From assembly GCA_964019425.1 (NCBI GenBank), contig OZ025780.1, forward strand, positions 558,001 to 622,000: DNA of 64,000 nt, read 5' to 3'. This stretch comes from Flectonema sp. DT1601 (Eukaryota). The stretch's first letter is position 1. Every line of letters begins with the position of its first letter. Both the position numbers and the translations under genes were made by a program. Shown one piece after another: positions 45,319-57,313 of this stretch. The notes beneath the pieces were generated by a model. That model saw only the letters and a program-made list of their open reading frames with translations. It was not told the DNA's origin and ran no database searches.

Positions 45319-46911
45319 ATGAAGAGTATACTGATTTGTGCAGCTGCAGCATTCACTTTGGCTGGTGCGACGTTTTCAGAAGTATCCAGCACCACGTTTG
45401 TTGGAGAAGGAAAACAGGTATCTGGATCAAAGTTCTTTATTAATAAAGTAAAATTCACGAGTGTTATATCTGCAGGGACTGGAGGAATTGTATTAGTAGA
45501 GGCTGCATTTCCATCACAGACTCCAGTGACACGGGACTTGTCATTTCCTATGACACACGGAGCAACTGAGGTACTTGATTACTTTCAACATGGAATATTT
45601 AGTTTTGCATGTCAGGGTGCCGCAGGTGTGCAGGCGCACGTGAGAAACCCCCCGGCCCCGACCAGCCTCAGCGGACACTACCAACCCCCTCCTGGTCAAG
45701 AGTGCCGATCTTTATTCTTGTCATACGCAATGATTAGTGGAGCCAACCAAGCAGTACTCTACATGGCTGGAACCCACTTTTCATGTATTCAATGGTCCGC
45801 TTTGAGCACACCTATTTTTCAGGGTGACGTGTTTCTTAACGGTAAAGTAGCACAAAAAATTGTATCTCTAGAATATGACTACTCTTTTGTATCTTGTGGT
45901 ACGGACGGTCTTGTTGTTATTTCACACTCTGACGTCAGTAATCCAACCATTGTTAGTGAGTTGGGTCCATCTCAAGGATTGAATTGTGACTTCAGAGACA
46001 TAATTATTAGAGACGACCGACTCATCATAGCAAACGGAGCTCACGGTATTAGGATTTACGACATAACAAACCCGGCTACACTGGTACTTGTTGGAGACTA
46101 TACAGGTTTTCATCACGCACCGATCACATCGGTTTTAGTTTCAGCAAGACCTAATGATGTTCTTAATTACCGTATTGTCGCTGCAGCACCGGGAGATAGA
46201 TTATATTTATTGAATTATATCTCTCTTGCAATTATCGAAGATGATGTTCAGTTTTCAGATATTGAAAAACTTTCATCAAACAACGCTCAGACGAGCAGTA
46301 ATTTTCCAGCTGTCAATGGTCGTCTTCGCTTCTCTGGTATCGGTGGAAATACTTTTAAGAACATCCTGTGGGATAATACCGTTATTGTTCCTCCAGTACC
46401 TGCAGGTTGTGATCCTGTTAAGGTATCTGGTGTGGTTGTGTCTGGTACTCAGGTGGCAGGCAAGACTATGCCTTTGAATGGCGGAGTTAGTCTCGAAGAA
46501 ATCCCAAGCTTTCTTGTTGGTTCAGAGCTTTATGCTCCGACTCTACCTGTTGCTTCTTCTACTGATATTGTGTTGGAGTGTTGTGGGAGTTCAACATGTG
46601 AATTCTTCATTACTGTGTTTAGATGTGTGCATTGTTCATCTGCACCTGACCTCCCAGGTATACTCTTGTCAGGATTGTGGGAAGCTGGATCTTGTGCACC
46701 AAAGTTTAGTGTGAATTCCGGGACTGAGTACTTTGGAATGGTTTCTTTTCACAAACAACTTCAACCTGGTCAAGTACTTACTCTGCCGCCAACTGCGTTG
46801 GATACTCGTTTCATGGCCATCTTTAAGCTTGATTCGGTTGCCCAACCGTGGTGTCCTGCAGCCGGTACTTCATTTGTTGGTGCTCAGCCGCCATGTACCT
46901 GTCCACAGTAA
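45319..46911 (+). CDS. Secreted protein with LVIVD-like repeats and a Cys-rich C-terminus
   Basis: 530 aa, signal peptide, GIRIYDITNP and DVSNPTIV motifs. Confidence 0.8.
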   Translation: MKSILICAAAAFTLAGATFSEVSSTTFVGEGKQVSGSKFFINKVKFTSVISAGTGGIVLVEAAFPSQTPVTRDLSFPMTHGATEVLDYFQHGIFSFACQGAAGVQAHVRNPPAPTSLSGHYQPPPGQECRSLFLSYAMISGANQAVLYMAGTHFSCIQWSALSTPIFQGDVFLNGKVAQKIVSLEYDYSFVSCGTDGLVVISHSDVSNPTIVSELGPSQGLNCDFRDIIIRDDRLIIANGAHGIRIYDITNPATLVLVGDYTGFHHAPITSVLVSARPNDVLNYRIVAAAPGDRLYLLNYISLAIIEDDVQFSDIEKLSSNNAQTSSNFPAVNGRLRFSGIGGNTFKNILWDNTVIVPPVPAGCDPVKVSGVVVSGTQVAGKTMPLNGGVSLEEIPSFLVGSELYAPTLPVASSTDIVLECCGSSTCEFFITVFRCVHCSSAPDLPGILLSGLWEAGSCAPKFSVNSGTEYFGMVSFHKQLQPGQVLTLPPTALDTRFMAIFKLDSVAQPWCPAAGTSFVGAQPPCTCPQ

Positions 46912-47780
46912 GTTTTTTAAAATATTTTGATAAATCATTGTTTTAGATAACTTTTGTTCCTTTTTTTTTTTTTAGCAGCCGATCTGAGTGGTGACATTTA
47001 TATTAGATGCGAATTTTTTCAAATAGAAAAAAAAAAAAAAAAAAGAAAAACCCTAAATTCCTCACCCCCTTTTTTTTTTTAATAGCATTTTCCTACATTT
47101 TTCGGGCAATCACTCTTTTGTCTTTCGTGGTAATCTTGTCAGGTATTTCTGTGCATAACGCTGCGCCAAGGAAAGAGTTTATATTTTTTTTTATTTTTTT
47201 TTATTATAAAGTTAATTTTTAAACTGTTATTGAATTACAGTTGAAACAGTCAGTTGTGCAGACAACGTAAACTCACTTATTCTTTTCCTCAAACAAGTAT
47301 CCTATGAAGGAAATAAGCTATAGCGACGGTTGTAGAAAACTTGATGGTTTGCTCTGCGCAGTCTTTTATATTAATGCGAAGACAGCACTCACTGTGAGTA
47401 TTATCTTGGTGTATTATTATTTTTTTCCCCTTTTTATTTTTTTTTGTGACGTCCAAGCCTATTACCCATCGACAGTCTTTGCCCCAGCGTCATCGAACAC
47501 CGGGTGGTCTGTCGTTGGCGATACCTTGAGAAAGGGATTTTTTTTTTTTCACAAAAAAAAGTATACTTATAATTTTCATTTTTATTTTTAAATTTAATCT
47601 TCCTTCCCTCTTATTCTGGTCACAATGCTCTGCGAAATAGATATTTTTTTCCCCTTCTTTTTTTGCTTGGCAATTGTTGATACTGAGTTTTTTACAATGG
47701 TATTGTCTTGTTGGTATTAGTTATTTTTATTTTTTATTTTTTTTCAAAATGCAGGAACATAATTCAATGAGAGAAAAAAA

Positions 47781-47840
47781 AGACTTGCATGGCTTAATCC
47801 TTGAAACAAGCATATGACTACTGGCAGGATCAACCAGGTT
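47781..47840 (-). rRNA. SSU (18S) rRNA 5'-end fragment
   Basis: AACCTGGTTGATCCTGCCAGTAGTCATATGCTTGTTTCAAGGATTAAGCCATGCAAGTC. Confidence 0.93.
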
Positions 47841-48052
47841 TCTTGTTACTCTAACCAACAGGGAGTACCCGAAAGTACGCACCCTAGAGTTGAAAGCATC
47901 AAGACGTTGGTTGTCTCTTATGAATCCGACAAGGGTTGAAAAATAGCGTATTGGTGTAACAACATATCTCTGTATAATGACAACAATTAATTTTTTTTTC
48001 CAGGATTTTTTTTTTTTTTTTTTTTTTTTGAAAAAAAAATTAAAATAACATT

Positions 48053-49065
48053 ATGAATATTGTTAGACTTCGATGGCTGGCTTGTAAACCACTCCAATCC
48101 TATCGCAGACACTATTCGACAACTGCTGAGAAGACAGAAGAAGAGAGTGCTGAAGAAGTAAGGGAGAGACAAAGATGGCAGGACAGATATGAATTTACCG
48201 ATGAAGAAATTGAAGACGAAATGAGACATGAATCAGAATGGGTTGAGAGATGGCGAGAATTCAAAACACAAATGAGATACTACGTTAACATATTTGAAGA
48301 ACACGATAATCTTACTGAAAGAAGGCAACGGGAAAGTATGTTTTTATGGTCCCATCCTGCGACTTGGAAAAGTGCATTCGCTGTTTTTGTAATACTCTCA
48401 GCCGTTTACAACGACACAGTCGTTGAGCGTTTATTCAGAAAGATGAACCATTTTGCAAAAATGGGAGGAGGAGCAGACTGGCCAACTCATTATATAACTC
48501 TCAAAGAAATCCATGAAGGTCGCAGATCGATCGATGACATCATAAAGACTTGGGACACTGTTCGTGATACCCACCAACGTGATTGGCTTTTACCTCTTCT
48601 TACAAGTGAAGTTCTTATGAAGTTTGCTTTAAGTCCTGAGACACTTCAGGGTAAAAATCCAAACGAAGCGATTCTAAACAAACTTGTTGAAGATCTTTCA
48701 TTTGTCGAAGCAAACATAAGTACGATGTCGGCAGAGATAGCCTATCATCTTCACAATCTTATATCAGGAGATGTATGTGTTTCTTTTTTTTCTTTTTGTT
48801 TCTTAATTTCCTCTTGTTGATATGCTTTTTTGTTCCTCTCTTCACAATACTACTACAGGTAAAGTGGCCAGGTTCACCTCCAAATGAAGCAGTTAAAACT
48901 GAAATGAGAAATTGTATCAAGGGAATGTCAGGATTTAAAATTCATCCAGAGCTTAGAAGACGATTAGAATTATCAAAAAATAAAACGACGACATACTTTG
49001 GAGGGACTGGTTATTATGAATCTTCTCCTCAACAAATGCAAAATAAAACTGCTGGCATTGCATGA
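48053..49065 (+). CDS. Hypothetical protein, probably mitochondrial with one TM segment; intron 48773-48858
   Basis: Arg-rich presequence (RRHYS); a GT-AG intron joins two ORFs in frame. Confidence 0.75.
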
Positions 49066-49493
49066 GGTAGGAAGGGGTGAATCAATTATTTTGGATTTGA
49101 ATGACAGCATACGAAGAGCACTTTATGTCCAAGCGATAAACCTTTTAAAAAAAAAAAAAAAAAAAGTTTATTGTTTATATTCGACGACATCAGAATTATC
49201 CATTTATATAATTCCATAAGTTATGTCACCAACCTTACTTGTTGTAGTCCTCCGTCTCACGGTGGAACAGTATGGTGTGGAAGCGATTATTATTGTTTTT
49301 TTTTTGTTTTTTTTTGTTTCCCCCTTATGTAATTAGCTGTTTATGTATCAACCATATTTCCCTTTTAAAAAAAAAAACAGGAAAAAAAAAAATGTTAAAT
49401 TGACGCTACCTCATCTGTCTTTCTGTAATGTGAATGACTGATAATAATAAAATAAAGTTTTAAAATATATCTAACAGCAGTAAGACACAAAAG

Positions 49494-51290
49494 ATGAATC
49501 CTGCTCTTCGTCGCAACCGAATGTGGACCCTCCTTCCATTTGCGGTGTTTGGTATTTTATATTTCCTATGCATGAGTATTTGGGATCTGAATCAAAAAGT
49601 CGCTAAAAGTGCTACAACAGAGAGAGTGGTATCGAGTATTAGTTCAAAGGTAGTCGAAACCCGACACGAAATTGAAGAAGTAAGCGAAAAGACCAACACA
49701 AAATTAGGAAAACTTTATGACATGGTTAAAAAATTAAAAGCTGAAAATAAAAAAATAAAAGAAGAGTTGGAATCACAAAAAGAAATGATGGCTACTGAAA
49801 AACCTGTCGAGCGTCGAGACATAGACGGAGGACCTGGGACAATTAAATCCACAAAGTCAAACACAAACCCGCAATCATACCGAGCAAATGCCGTAAGACG
49901 CACTCTGAAATCTGTTTGGGATGCATACACACCTTTCATTGGAGCTGATGAGATCCAGCCTGTCAGCAACTTGTCAAAGTTATGGGACATTAACAACAAA
50001 CAAATGGTGACACTAGTAGACTCACTTGACACGTTATACCTCGCAGGTCTCCATGACGAGTTTAATCAAGGTGTGGAGTATCTGGCAAAGAATTTTGATT
50101 TTACCCCAACCAGCTCTGTCTCTCTTTTTGAGACCACCATCAGAGTTTTGGGAGGACTACTATCAGCATATGCTTTATCAAACGATGAGAGGGTGTTAGC
50201 TGCTGCTGTTCAAGTTGGAAGTAAGTTAGTAACAGCCTATTCTGAAGACGCTATGAAAAGCAATGGCGGGATGCCATTTCCGTCTTGGAACCCAACCACT
50301 GTAACGGGTCACTCCAGCTATGGAACTTTTTTGGCTGAATCTGGATCAGTACAGCTTGAGTATTATTATTTATATCACGCGACGGGAGATGAAAAATTCT
50401 TAGAACCGTTGAATTTGATGCCGAAATTTAAAAATCTTACCAACCCAAACGGTCTAATTGGATCATCCTGGAGTGGTAGCGTATTCAACGGAAGGATAGG
50501 AACTGGTTCGTACTCAGATTCCTACTATGAGTACCTTTTGAAATTATGGCTCTTAACAGAACAGAACGAAGACCTTTATAGTGACATGTACATAGCTGCA
50601 GCAGATAGTATAGTAGACTACTTAATACTTGATATTAAGTCTTTGAATGGGACTCAGGCATTCGTTACATCGGGTGATAATTATGGTGAGAAATTTAATG
50701 TTTTTCAAAATGATAACTTTGAGCATCTGTCATGTTTCATCCCTGGAATGCTTGCTCTTGGATCTGTTTATCTTCCTCCTCTTCAAGCTGACAAACATTT
50801 AAAAGCAGCTAAGAAAGTTGCTAGTTTTTGTGCTCATCTATACCTCGATACCGTGACTGGGTTGTCACCCGATCAAGTGAGTATTGGTATCGACAGGAAA
50901 AAGACAGTTGCGAAGTCTAATTATGGTCTTCGTCCAGAGACTGTAGAATCGTTATTCTACATGTGGAGGGTTACAAGAGATCCCATTTATAGAGAATGGG
51001 GTTGGTCGATATACCTTTCTATCGAACGCCATTGTCGAGTCTGTCAAAACTGCTCTGCGTCAGGCTATTCTGAGGTTGAGGATGTTAACGCAGAAAAACC
51101 TTCGCTTACTGATCACATGGATACATTCTTTACTGGAGAAACATTGAAATATTTGTTTCTTTTATTTGCTGACGATAGTGCCCTCGATCTTGACTGTTGG
51201 GTTCTTAATACTGAGGCACATCCATTTCCGAAATTCATTCCTTTTCACGTCTCTCCACGTAATCACATTCCCTCGAAATGTAAAGAATAA
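49494..51290 (+). CDS. GH47 class I alpha-1,2-mannosidase
   Basis: Type II anchor; DSLDTL, FETTIRVLGGLLSAY, DSYYEYLLK, LRPETVES, ETLKYLFLLF, NTEAHP. Confidence 0.97.
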   Translation: MNPALRRNRMWTLLPFAVFGILYFLCMSIWDLNQKVAKSATTERVVSSISSKVVETRHEIEEVSEKTNTKLGKLYDMVKKLKAENKKIKEELESQKEMMATEKPVERRDIDGGPGTIKSTKSNTNPQSYRANAVRRTLKSVWDAYTPFIGADEIQPVSNLSKLWDINNKQMVTLVDSLDTLYLAGLHDEFNQGVEYLAKNFDFTPTSSVSLFETTIRVLGGLLSAYALSNDERVLAAAVQVGSKLVTAYSEDAMKSNGGMPFPSWNPTTVTGHSSYGTFLAESGSVQLEYYYLYHATGDEKFLEPLNLMPKFKNLTNPNGLIGSSWSGSVFNGRIGTGSYSDSYYEYLLKLWLLTEQNEDLYSDMYIAAADSIVDYLILDIKSLNGTQAFVTSGDNYGEKFNVFQNDNFEHLSCFIPGMLALGSVYLPPLQADKHLKAAKKVASFCAHLYLDTVTGLSPDQVSIGIDRKKTVAKSNYGLRPETVESLFYMWRVTRDPIYREWGWSIYLSIERHCRVCQNCSASGYSEVEDVNAEKPSLTDHMDTFFTGETLKYLFLLFADDSALDLDCWVLNTEAHPFPKFIPFHVSPRNHIPSKCKE

Positions 51291-52690
51291 TTAAAAAAAA
51301 AAAATTATTGAGAATATGAGAGAGCCGGGAAACAAAAAAAAAAAAAAAAGGAAGAATTCTACGCTGTGTATTATTGCCGCTGTGTTTCTTCTCAGTGAAT
51401 TGTCTCTGTCACCGTTTGATGCATTTCGAGGGAATCATTCCTTCAAAAAGAGATGACGTCATCTGGAGACAGTGGACATGGTCGACGTGATCGTCATTGA
51501 GTTGGAAAAAAAAAGGGGAATAATAATAATAATAATAATAATGTTACTGTGGTTGTTTTTTTTATGTTATAAAGTTTTACGTCTCGCTGTTTCCAGTAGC
51601 ATTGCATCACAAGGGAGAAGTAGTACTTTTGTGTTGTTTTCTTGCAACTGATTCAAAATGTTGTAATTTGCATCAGCGTGTGTCTTATTGTTGTGTTTTT
51701 TTTTTATAAAAAAAAATGCTCTACTCCGATATAGTCCTGAAGCTACCATCTTCTGTTGTCTTCGTCACTTTTTTTTTTCTTCTCCTAAGAATGCAGTATC
51801 AAATTACCCCCTTTTCACATTCACAGGTTTTTTCGGAGGAAAAAAGAAAACTTGCTTATGTTTCAACTAATTATCAGCTTCTCATCATCAGTTTTGTGAT
51901 TTGAGTTTGTAGTTTCTTTTTATTATTTGTGAGTTTATGTTTCTGTTGTAGAGTCAAAAAAAAAAAAAAAAACGAAGTACTTTCTTCCTGTTCACAGTTT
52001 CATCATTATACGGGTTTGGTAAGACGACTTTTTCTTTTTTTTTTTTTTATAAATAACTTATTCAAACGAAAAAGAATGAAAATGTCGTACCGTTTACCGT
52101 AAAAAGAAAAGTTACTGATTCGATGGAAATTTCGATTTACCCTCTAGTTCTCGGTTTCTTTTCTTTATTTATTTTATCCGAAAAAAAGATTTCTTGGGGA
52201 GGGGGAGCATATTTCTAACCACATTGCATCAAGGATATATAATTAGAAAAACCATTCAGATTTAGCCTTATGTTTCGTTGAACGCAGACAGAATCCTGCT
52301 GCACGAGGGAGAAAATAAATCATGACCATAAAGCTTTCAATTCGAATGGTTTTTTCTCCAACTACGTCGGTACAAAAAAAGAAAAAAACAAAAAACTGAA
52401 TGTTGAGACGTCAATCGATATTCAGGTAAGCAAAAAAGGTTTACCTTCCATTTTCTTTTTTTATTTTTCCTGTACAAAAAAGAAGATGAAATGTATTAAA
52501 GTATCTGCTTTTTATCGGACAAAGAACACCGATTGAATAAGCAATTTTTTTTTTTATTAATTTTTTTAATACCAAGCACAAGGGTGTTGTAAATCCTTTA
52601 TGGTTGTGTAGTTATTTTATTATGCTAATTATCTGTTTAAATCTATGTCATACTGCCGGCTACTTGGTTGCGATTAAGATAATTTTTGGG

Positions 52691-52729
<39 letters not shown>

Positions 52730-53801
52730 TCCCTCGTTTTTTTTTAATTGTATCTTTGCTAAAGCGTACGGATTTGAAAAAAAAAAAAAAAAAAAAAAAA
52801 AATCCTCTCTCCTTCCTTTTTTTTTTCCCCCCCTTCATATTATAATCAGCCCATGGTTACGTTTCCCAAGCAGCCATCACCTGATTCTGCTACTTTATAT
52901 GTAGTATCGGTATTCGTGATAAAACAATAACCCCTTTAGTCTACCACAGTATTGGACTCGCCACAAGACTCAACACGTCTTTTAAAAAACTGTCTGAGCA
53001 CGAGTGGAAACCTTTTTTTTTTAAATTTTTTTTTTTTTTTATTATTCGTTCCTCTACTTACAACGGGTTACAAACATCATTTTTTTTCCCCCTTCTTTTG
53101 ATACCACCACTTGATTTGGTATTTGTGAAGTGAGGTGGGATTGGTTGAAAATTTAATTTTCCTGCTGCTGGTGGTCAGCCTTCAAAAATTGCCTAATTTT
53201 TTCTTACTGTGAGGCAAAGCTGAGATTGTGGCTTATCTCCGATGTGACAGGACTGAACAACAAAAATTCACACAAAACATAAGGCAACGGTTTGAATTAT
53301 TAGCTAATTTAAGAAAATATAAATGTGAACACCAATGTCTGTTAACTGTTTATGTTGTTGCTTATGATGCATTGTCGATTTTTTAAATTTTTTTTTAAAT
53401 TTCTTTTTGCGAAACCAAAGCAAAACGATTGTTTCTGTTAATTGCCGTACTCTGTTCTCGGAAGAGCTCAGCAAACCTTTTAATTACAAAATACGAGTGT
53501 CGTGTGACAATAATTGTTAATTCACATTTTACTTTACACACGGACGGGTACATTATTTGTGTATTCTGTCGATGTGACGCGTAGTGTGGACTCTCCAGAA
53601 GTCCAGCATTATCACCCTTTGGGGAAAAAAAAAAAGACACCAGCAAAAAAAAAAAAAAAGTTTCAAAATTACCCAACCAGAATAGGGGGAAAACGCGGTT
53701 GTTTTCATAAAATAGTAACCTTGGACTAAAATGAGTAGCATTTTTTATTTTTCAATTTTTTCCCCCCCTTAATTTTTTTTTTCTAGAATATCAGTACAAG
53801 C

Positions 53802-54961
53802 ATGGCTGCCAGGCAGGAGGGCGGGGCAGTCAACGAGCCGCCTATGGAATCTTCCAAAAAAGATCAGCTCACACTGAGTAAGATGACAGATGAAGAAATG
53901 AGAGAAGTATTAGGACGTACAGTTCACTTGTTAGGTTTAGATAGGGTGTGTAGTTTTTTTACTTTTAAGGTGATGAGATAATTAACTTTATAATAATAAA
54001 ACAGCACATCAAAGAAGCAGCCATCGCTAAATTCTTAGCTGAGCACGGTGTAGTTAAGAAGGTCAGGTTGTGCGGATTTCCAACGGGGAAGACATTCTAC
54101 GCCTTCGTTGAGTTTGAGTCAGCCGATCAAGCTCAGGCTCTTCTTGCAAGAGATGGGTTAGTATTTGGTAACAACGTCGTCACTATCACAACTGCTAAGA
54201 ATATCATTCGTATCCTTGATGACTCACAGGCGATGTTCAACATCAACGCTACTGGAACTCTCGCAGAGTCGGAACTATTCTCACGAGACGACCTGAAGGC
54301 CATCAGAGCAGCCAAGGTCGAAGAGCTTCAGAAAGTAAGAAAACAGGTCGAACAGCAGCAGCTGCAACTACAAAAATCACTTCAACCCGACAAAAGGGAA
54401 CATAAATCGGAACCTGAGAAGAGAAATGCGTCTCCCAGCAGAAGGGACAGAGAAAAAAGTAAATCACGAGACAGAAGCAGGTCGAGAGACAGGAGGGACA
54501 GAAGCAGATCGAGGGGTCGGTCAAGAGACAGACGAGACCGGTCGAGAGACAGGCGGGACAGAAGCCGATCGAGGGACAGACGAGACAGAAGCCGTTCGAG
54601 AGACAGGCGGGACAGAAGTAGATCGAGAAGCAAATCGAGAGACAGGAGAGACAGAAGCAAATCGAGGGACAGGAGAGACAGAAGCAAATCGAGGGACAGG
54701 AGAGACAGAAGCAAATCGAGAGACAGGAGAGACAGAAGCAAGTCGAGAGACAGGAGAGACAGAAGTCGATCGAGGGATAGAAGAGACAGACGGGACCGAA
54801 GCAGGTCGAGAGACAGAAGCAACAGCCGTGACCGCAGAGATCGCAGAAGAAGAGATCGCAGCCGAAGCCGAAGACGTCGCAGAACCACCAGCAGCAGCAG
54901 CTCAAGTTATGATCGCCGCCGTAGACATTCTCGTAGTCGCAGCCGCAGTAGAAGACGTTAG
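53802..54961 (+). CDS. RRM plus RS-domain SR-like splicing factor; intron 53946-54004
   Basis: RTVHLLGL (RNP2), YAFVEF (RNP1), long RD/RS repeat. Confidence 0.88.
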
Positions 54962-55377
54962 TGACCTCATCAACCCGATCTCACTTCTCTGCCTATAAGG
55001 GGGAAAAAAAAAAAAAACAACAACAAGAAATGTACGTTATTTCGATTAAGTTAATTCAGACGTGTAGTAAGGTACACCCATTGCCACCAACCACTCGATC
55101 ATTTGGTACCTTTTTTTGTGTAGACCATCCATCCATCTATTCTTAATATGGTATTAGTGTTTTGTTTAATTTGGTAACTTTTAATTAACTTTAGTAATTA
55201 AAATCTCTCCCCCCCTTTTCCTCATTATGTTATAGGTTGTAGATGATTATAAAAAAAGAATCGACACTCGTCCTCTACCAATACCAGCCGACACCAGCTG
55301 CTAACTTTTCCCCTCTTTTCTCTCTGTTATAGGAAGGTTATTAATAAAAAAAAAAAAAAAGTAAAAAATAAAATAAA

Positions 55378-56049
55378 ATGAATCCGTTATTAATGATCGA
55401 CACTCGTCCTCTACCAACACCAACGACACAACAGCCGCAGAGTTCTGGTGATTTTCAAAAAATTGAACAAAACGGAGTTAAAGACAATGATCAGTGTTCT
55501 GTGATATCAAACAATGAAACAGCTATTGAATTGACAGACACAGAATACATCATGACTCCTGGAGGGGTTGAGATGGATGATTTGAGAAGTCCTGATCGAA
55601 AGCATACCTGGTCACCAACATCAGGTAGAGGTGCTGATAATCTGGATGATCTGATATCTGAATTGGATGGTTTGAGAAAACAATTTGCAACGGAATCGAA
55701 AACATTAAAAAATAGAATATCTGACTGTGAGAAAGAAGGTTACGCAGGACAAGAAAAAGTAACTCTGGAACGTGATGAGTATTTAAATTATTTGAGAAAA
55801 TGGATGGAGAACATCGTTACATCAATTTGTACGGAACATCCAAATGCTACTGACGTTGATGTTCTTCTCAAAGATCTACGAGAACGTCTGACTCGTATGA
55901 TCGGAACAGGCGAGTTCGATGACATTGAAGAGATAGATCTTCACCAATCAGCATCCCCTCGGGGTATCATGTCACCAATGTCTCCAACGATGAATACCCG
56001 ATTTAGTGAACCAGAAAATAGATCTAACTCATGCTGTACAATTTCATAG
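55378..56049 (+). CDS. Hypothetical coiled-coil protein with a C-terminal CaaX (CCTIS)
   Basis: 223-aa ORF after a pyrimidine/AG acceptor. Confidence 0.7.
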   Translation: MNPLLMIDTRPLPTPTTQQPQSSGDFQKIEQNGVKDNDQCSVISNNETAIELTDTEYIMTPGGVEMDDLRSPDRKHTWSPTSGRGADNLDDLISELDGLRKQFATESKTLKNRISDCEKEGYAGQEKVTLERDEYLNYLRKWMENIVTSICTEHPNATDVDVLLKDLRERLTRMIGTGEFDDIEEIDLHQSASPRGIMSPMSPTMNTRFSEPENRSNSCCTIS

Positions 56050-56051
56050 TC

Positions 56052-56083
<32 letters not shown>

Positions 56084-57048
56084 GTAGAAGTTATTTTTAA
56101 TTTATATATATCCGGTTGAAATATTTGTACCCTTCAATATTTATAAATAGAGATTTTTTTTTTTTTTTTTTTTTTTTAAATAAAGTTGATGTCTTTATGT
56201 ATCGTAAATAACCTTTTCTATTTTTTGTCAAAGGTTTATTGTGTGTAATTTGTGTGTCTGTTGACAGTAGTTATTTTATTTTTTATTATGAATAAATCAT
56301 CTTGTTGAAAAAGCAGCATCGCTCTTCATACACTCGGCAATGTCAGCCTCACCAAAAAAAACCTCAGGATCCAATCTTTGAAGTCGGGGGGAAAAAAAAA
56401 ATATCTAAAAAAAAAAAAAAAAAATCCGTTTTGTTATGTCTTTGGCCTCAATTTTGTTTTTCTCCCATTTTTTTAATTTTATCCTCTTTTTGAATAGTAG
56501 ACGTTACTAATAAGATTGTGTGCAGTTGCCTCGTAGCATTAGGGAGTTAACCCGATGCTCTTTAGTTTGCTGTATCAGCGATGCACAGTATGCAATGTAT
56601 TGGACTTCCTTATCCATCGTTTACTACTGATGGCAGTTGAACAAAAAAAAAAAAAAAAAAAAAGGACTCTTTTGTGTACATCCACTAGTTCGTCGATTCA
56701 CTGTTTTTAAATTTTTCTCTTTTTTTTGCAAAAGCCATTCCAGCTCAAATAAAAATGTAGTTGTGATTTGCGAAAAGCAAGTCTTGTGTGTGCGTTGTGT
56801 TGAGTGCCCAAAATGTACTTTACTCCAGAACAGTCAAGATTGTCGGAGAAATTATTGTTCCTTTTTGAGCTTAAGAATGCAGTTTCGAATTACCCCCTTT
56901 TGCACTGTACCGTACCACGGTATCGCTATACCGGTGGAGCTGTGGATACCGAACCCTATATTCGTTTTAGTCGGTTTTAAGTTACTTTAGATTCAATCAT
57001 CGAATCAAGTCCCCCCCGTGAGCTCCCATGTGCTCAGCTTCGGAGTGC

Positions 57049-57089
57049 TAGAGGAAGCAAAAGTCGTAACAAGGTTGCTGTGGGTGAAC
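57049..57089 (+). rRNA. SSU (18S) rRNA near-3'-end fragment
   Basis: TAGAGGAAGCAAAAGTCGTAACAAGGTTGCTGTGGGTGAAC. Confidence 0.85.
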
Positions 57090-57278
57090 ATCAATTTAGA
57101 TTACTCTGCCAGAAATATCGAAAAAATGAAAAAAAACTCGCGGGTTTTTTTGCGGTTGTGTGGTATCGAATGACTGATACCCCGTAAGCTTACCACGATG
57201 GACAGGATTTTCAAAATAAATAAAATAAATAGGAGCTATCAAATTCTCAATTGTCGCTCATTATTTGTTACAGTTGAG

Positions 57279-57310
<32 letters not shown>

Positions 57311-57313
<3 letters not shown>

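Noticed and set aside
54303..54998. Alternative-frame ORFs over the RS domain
   Set aside because: Artefacts of low-complexity repeats.
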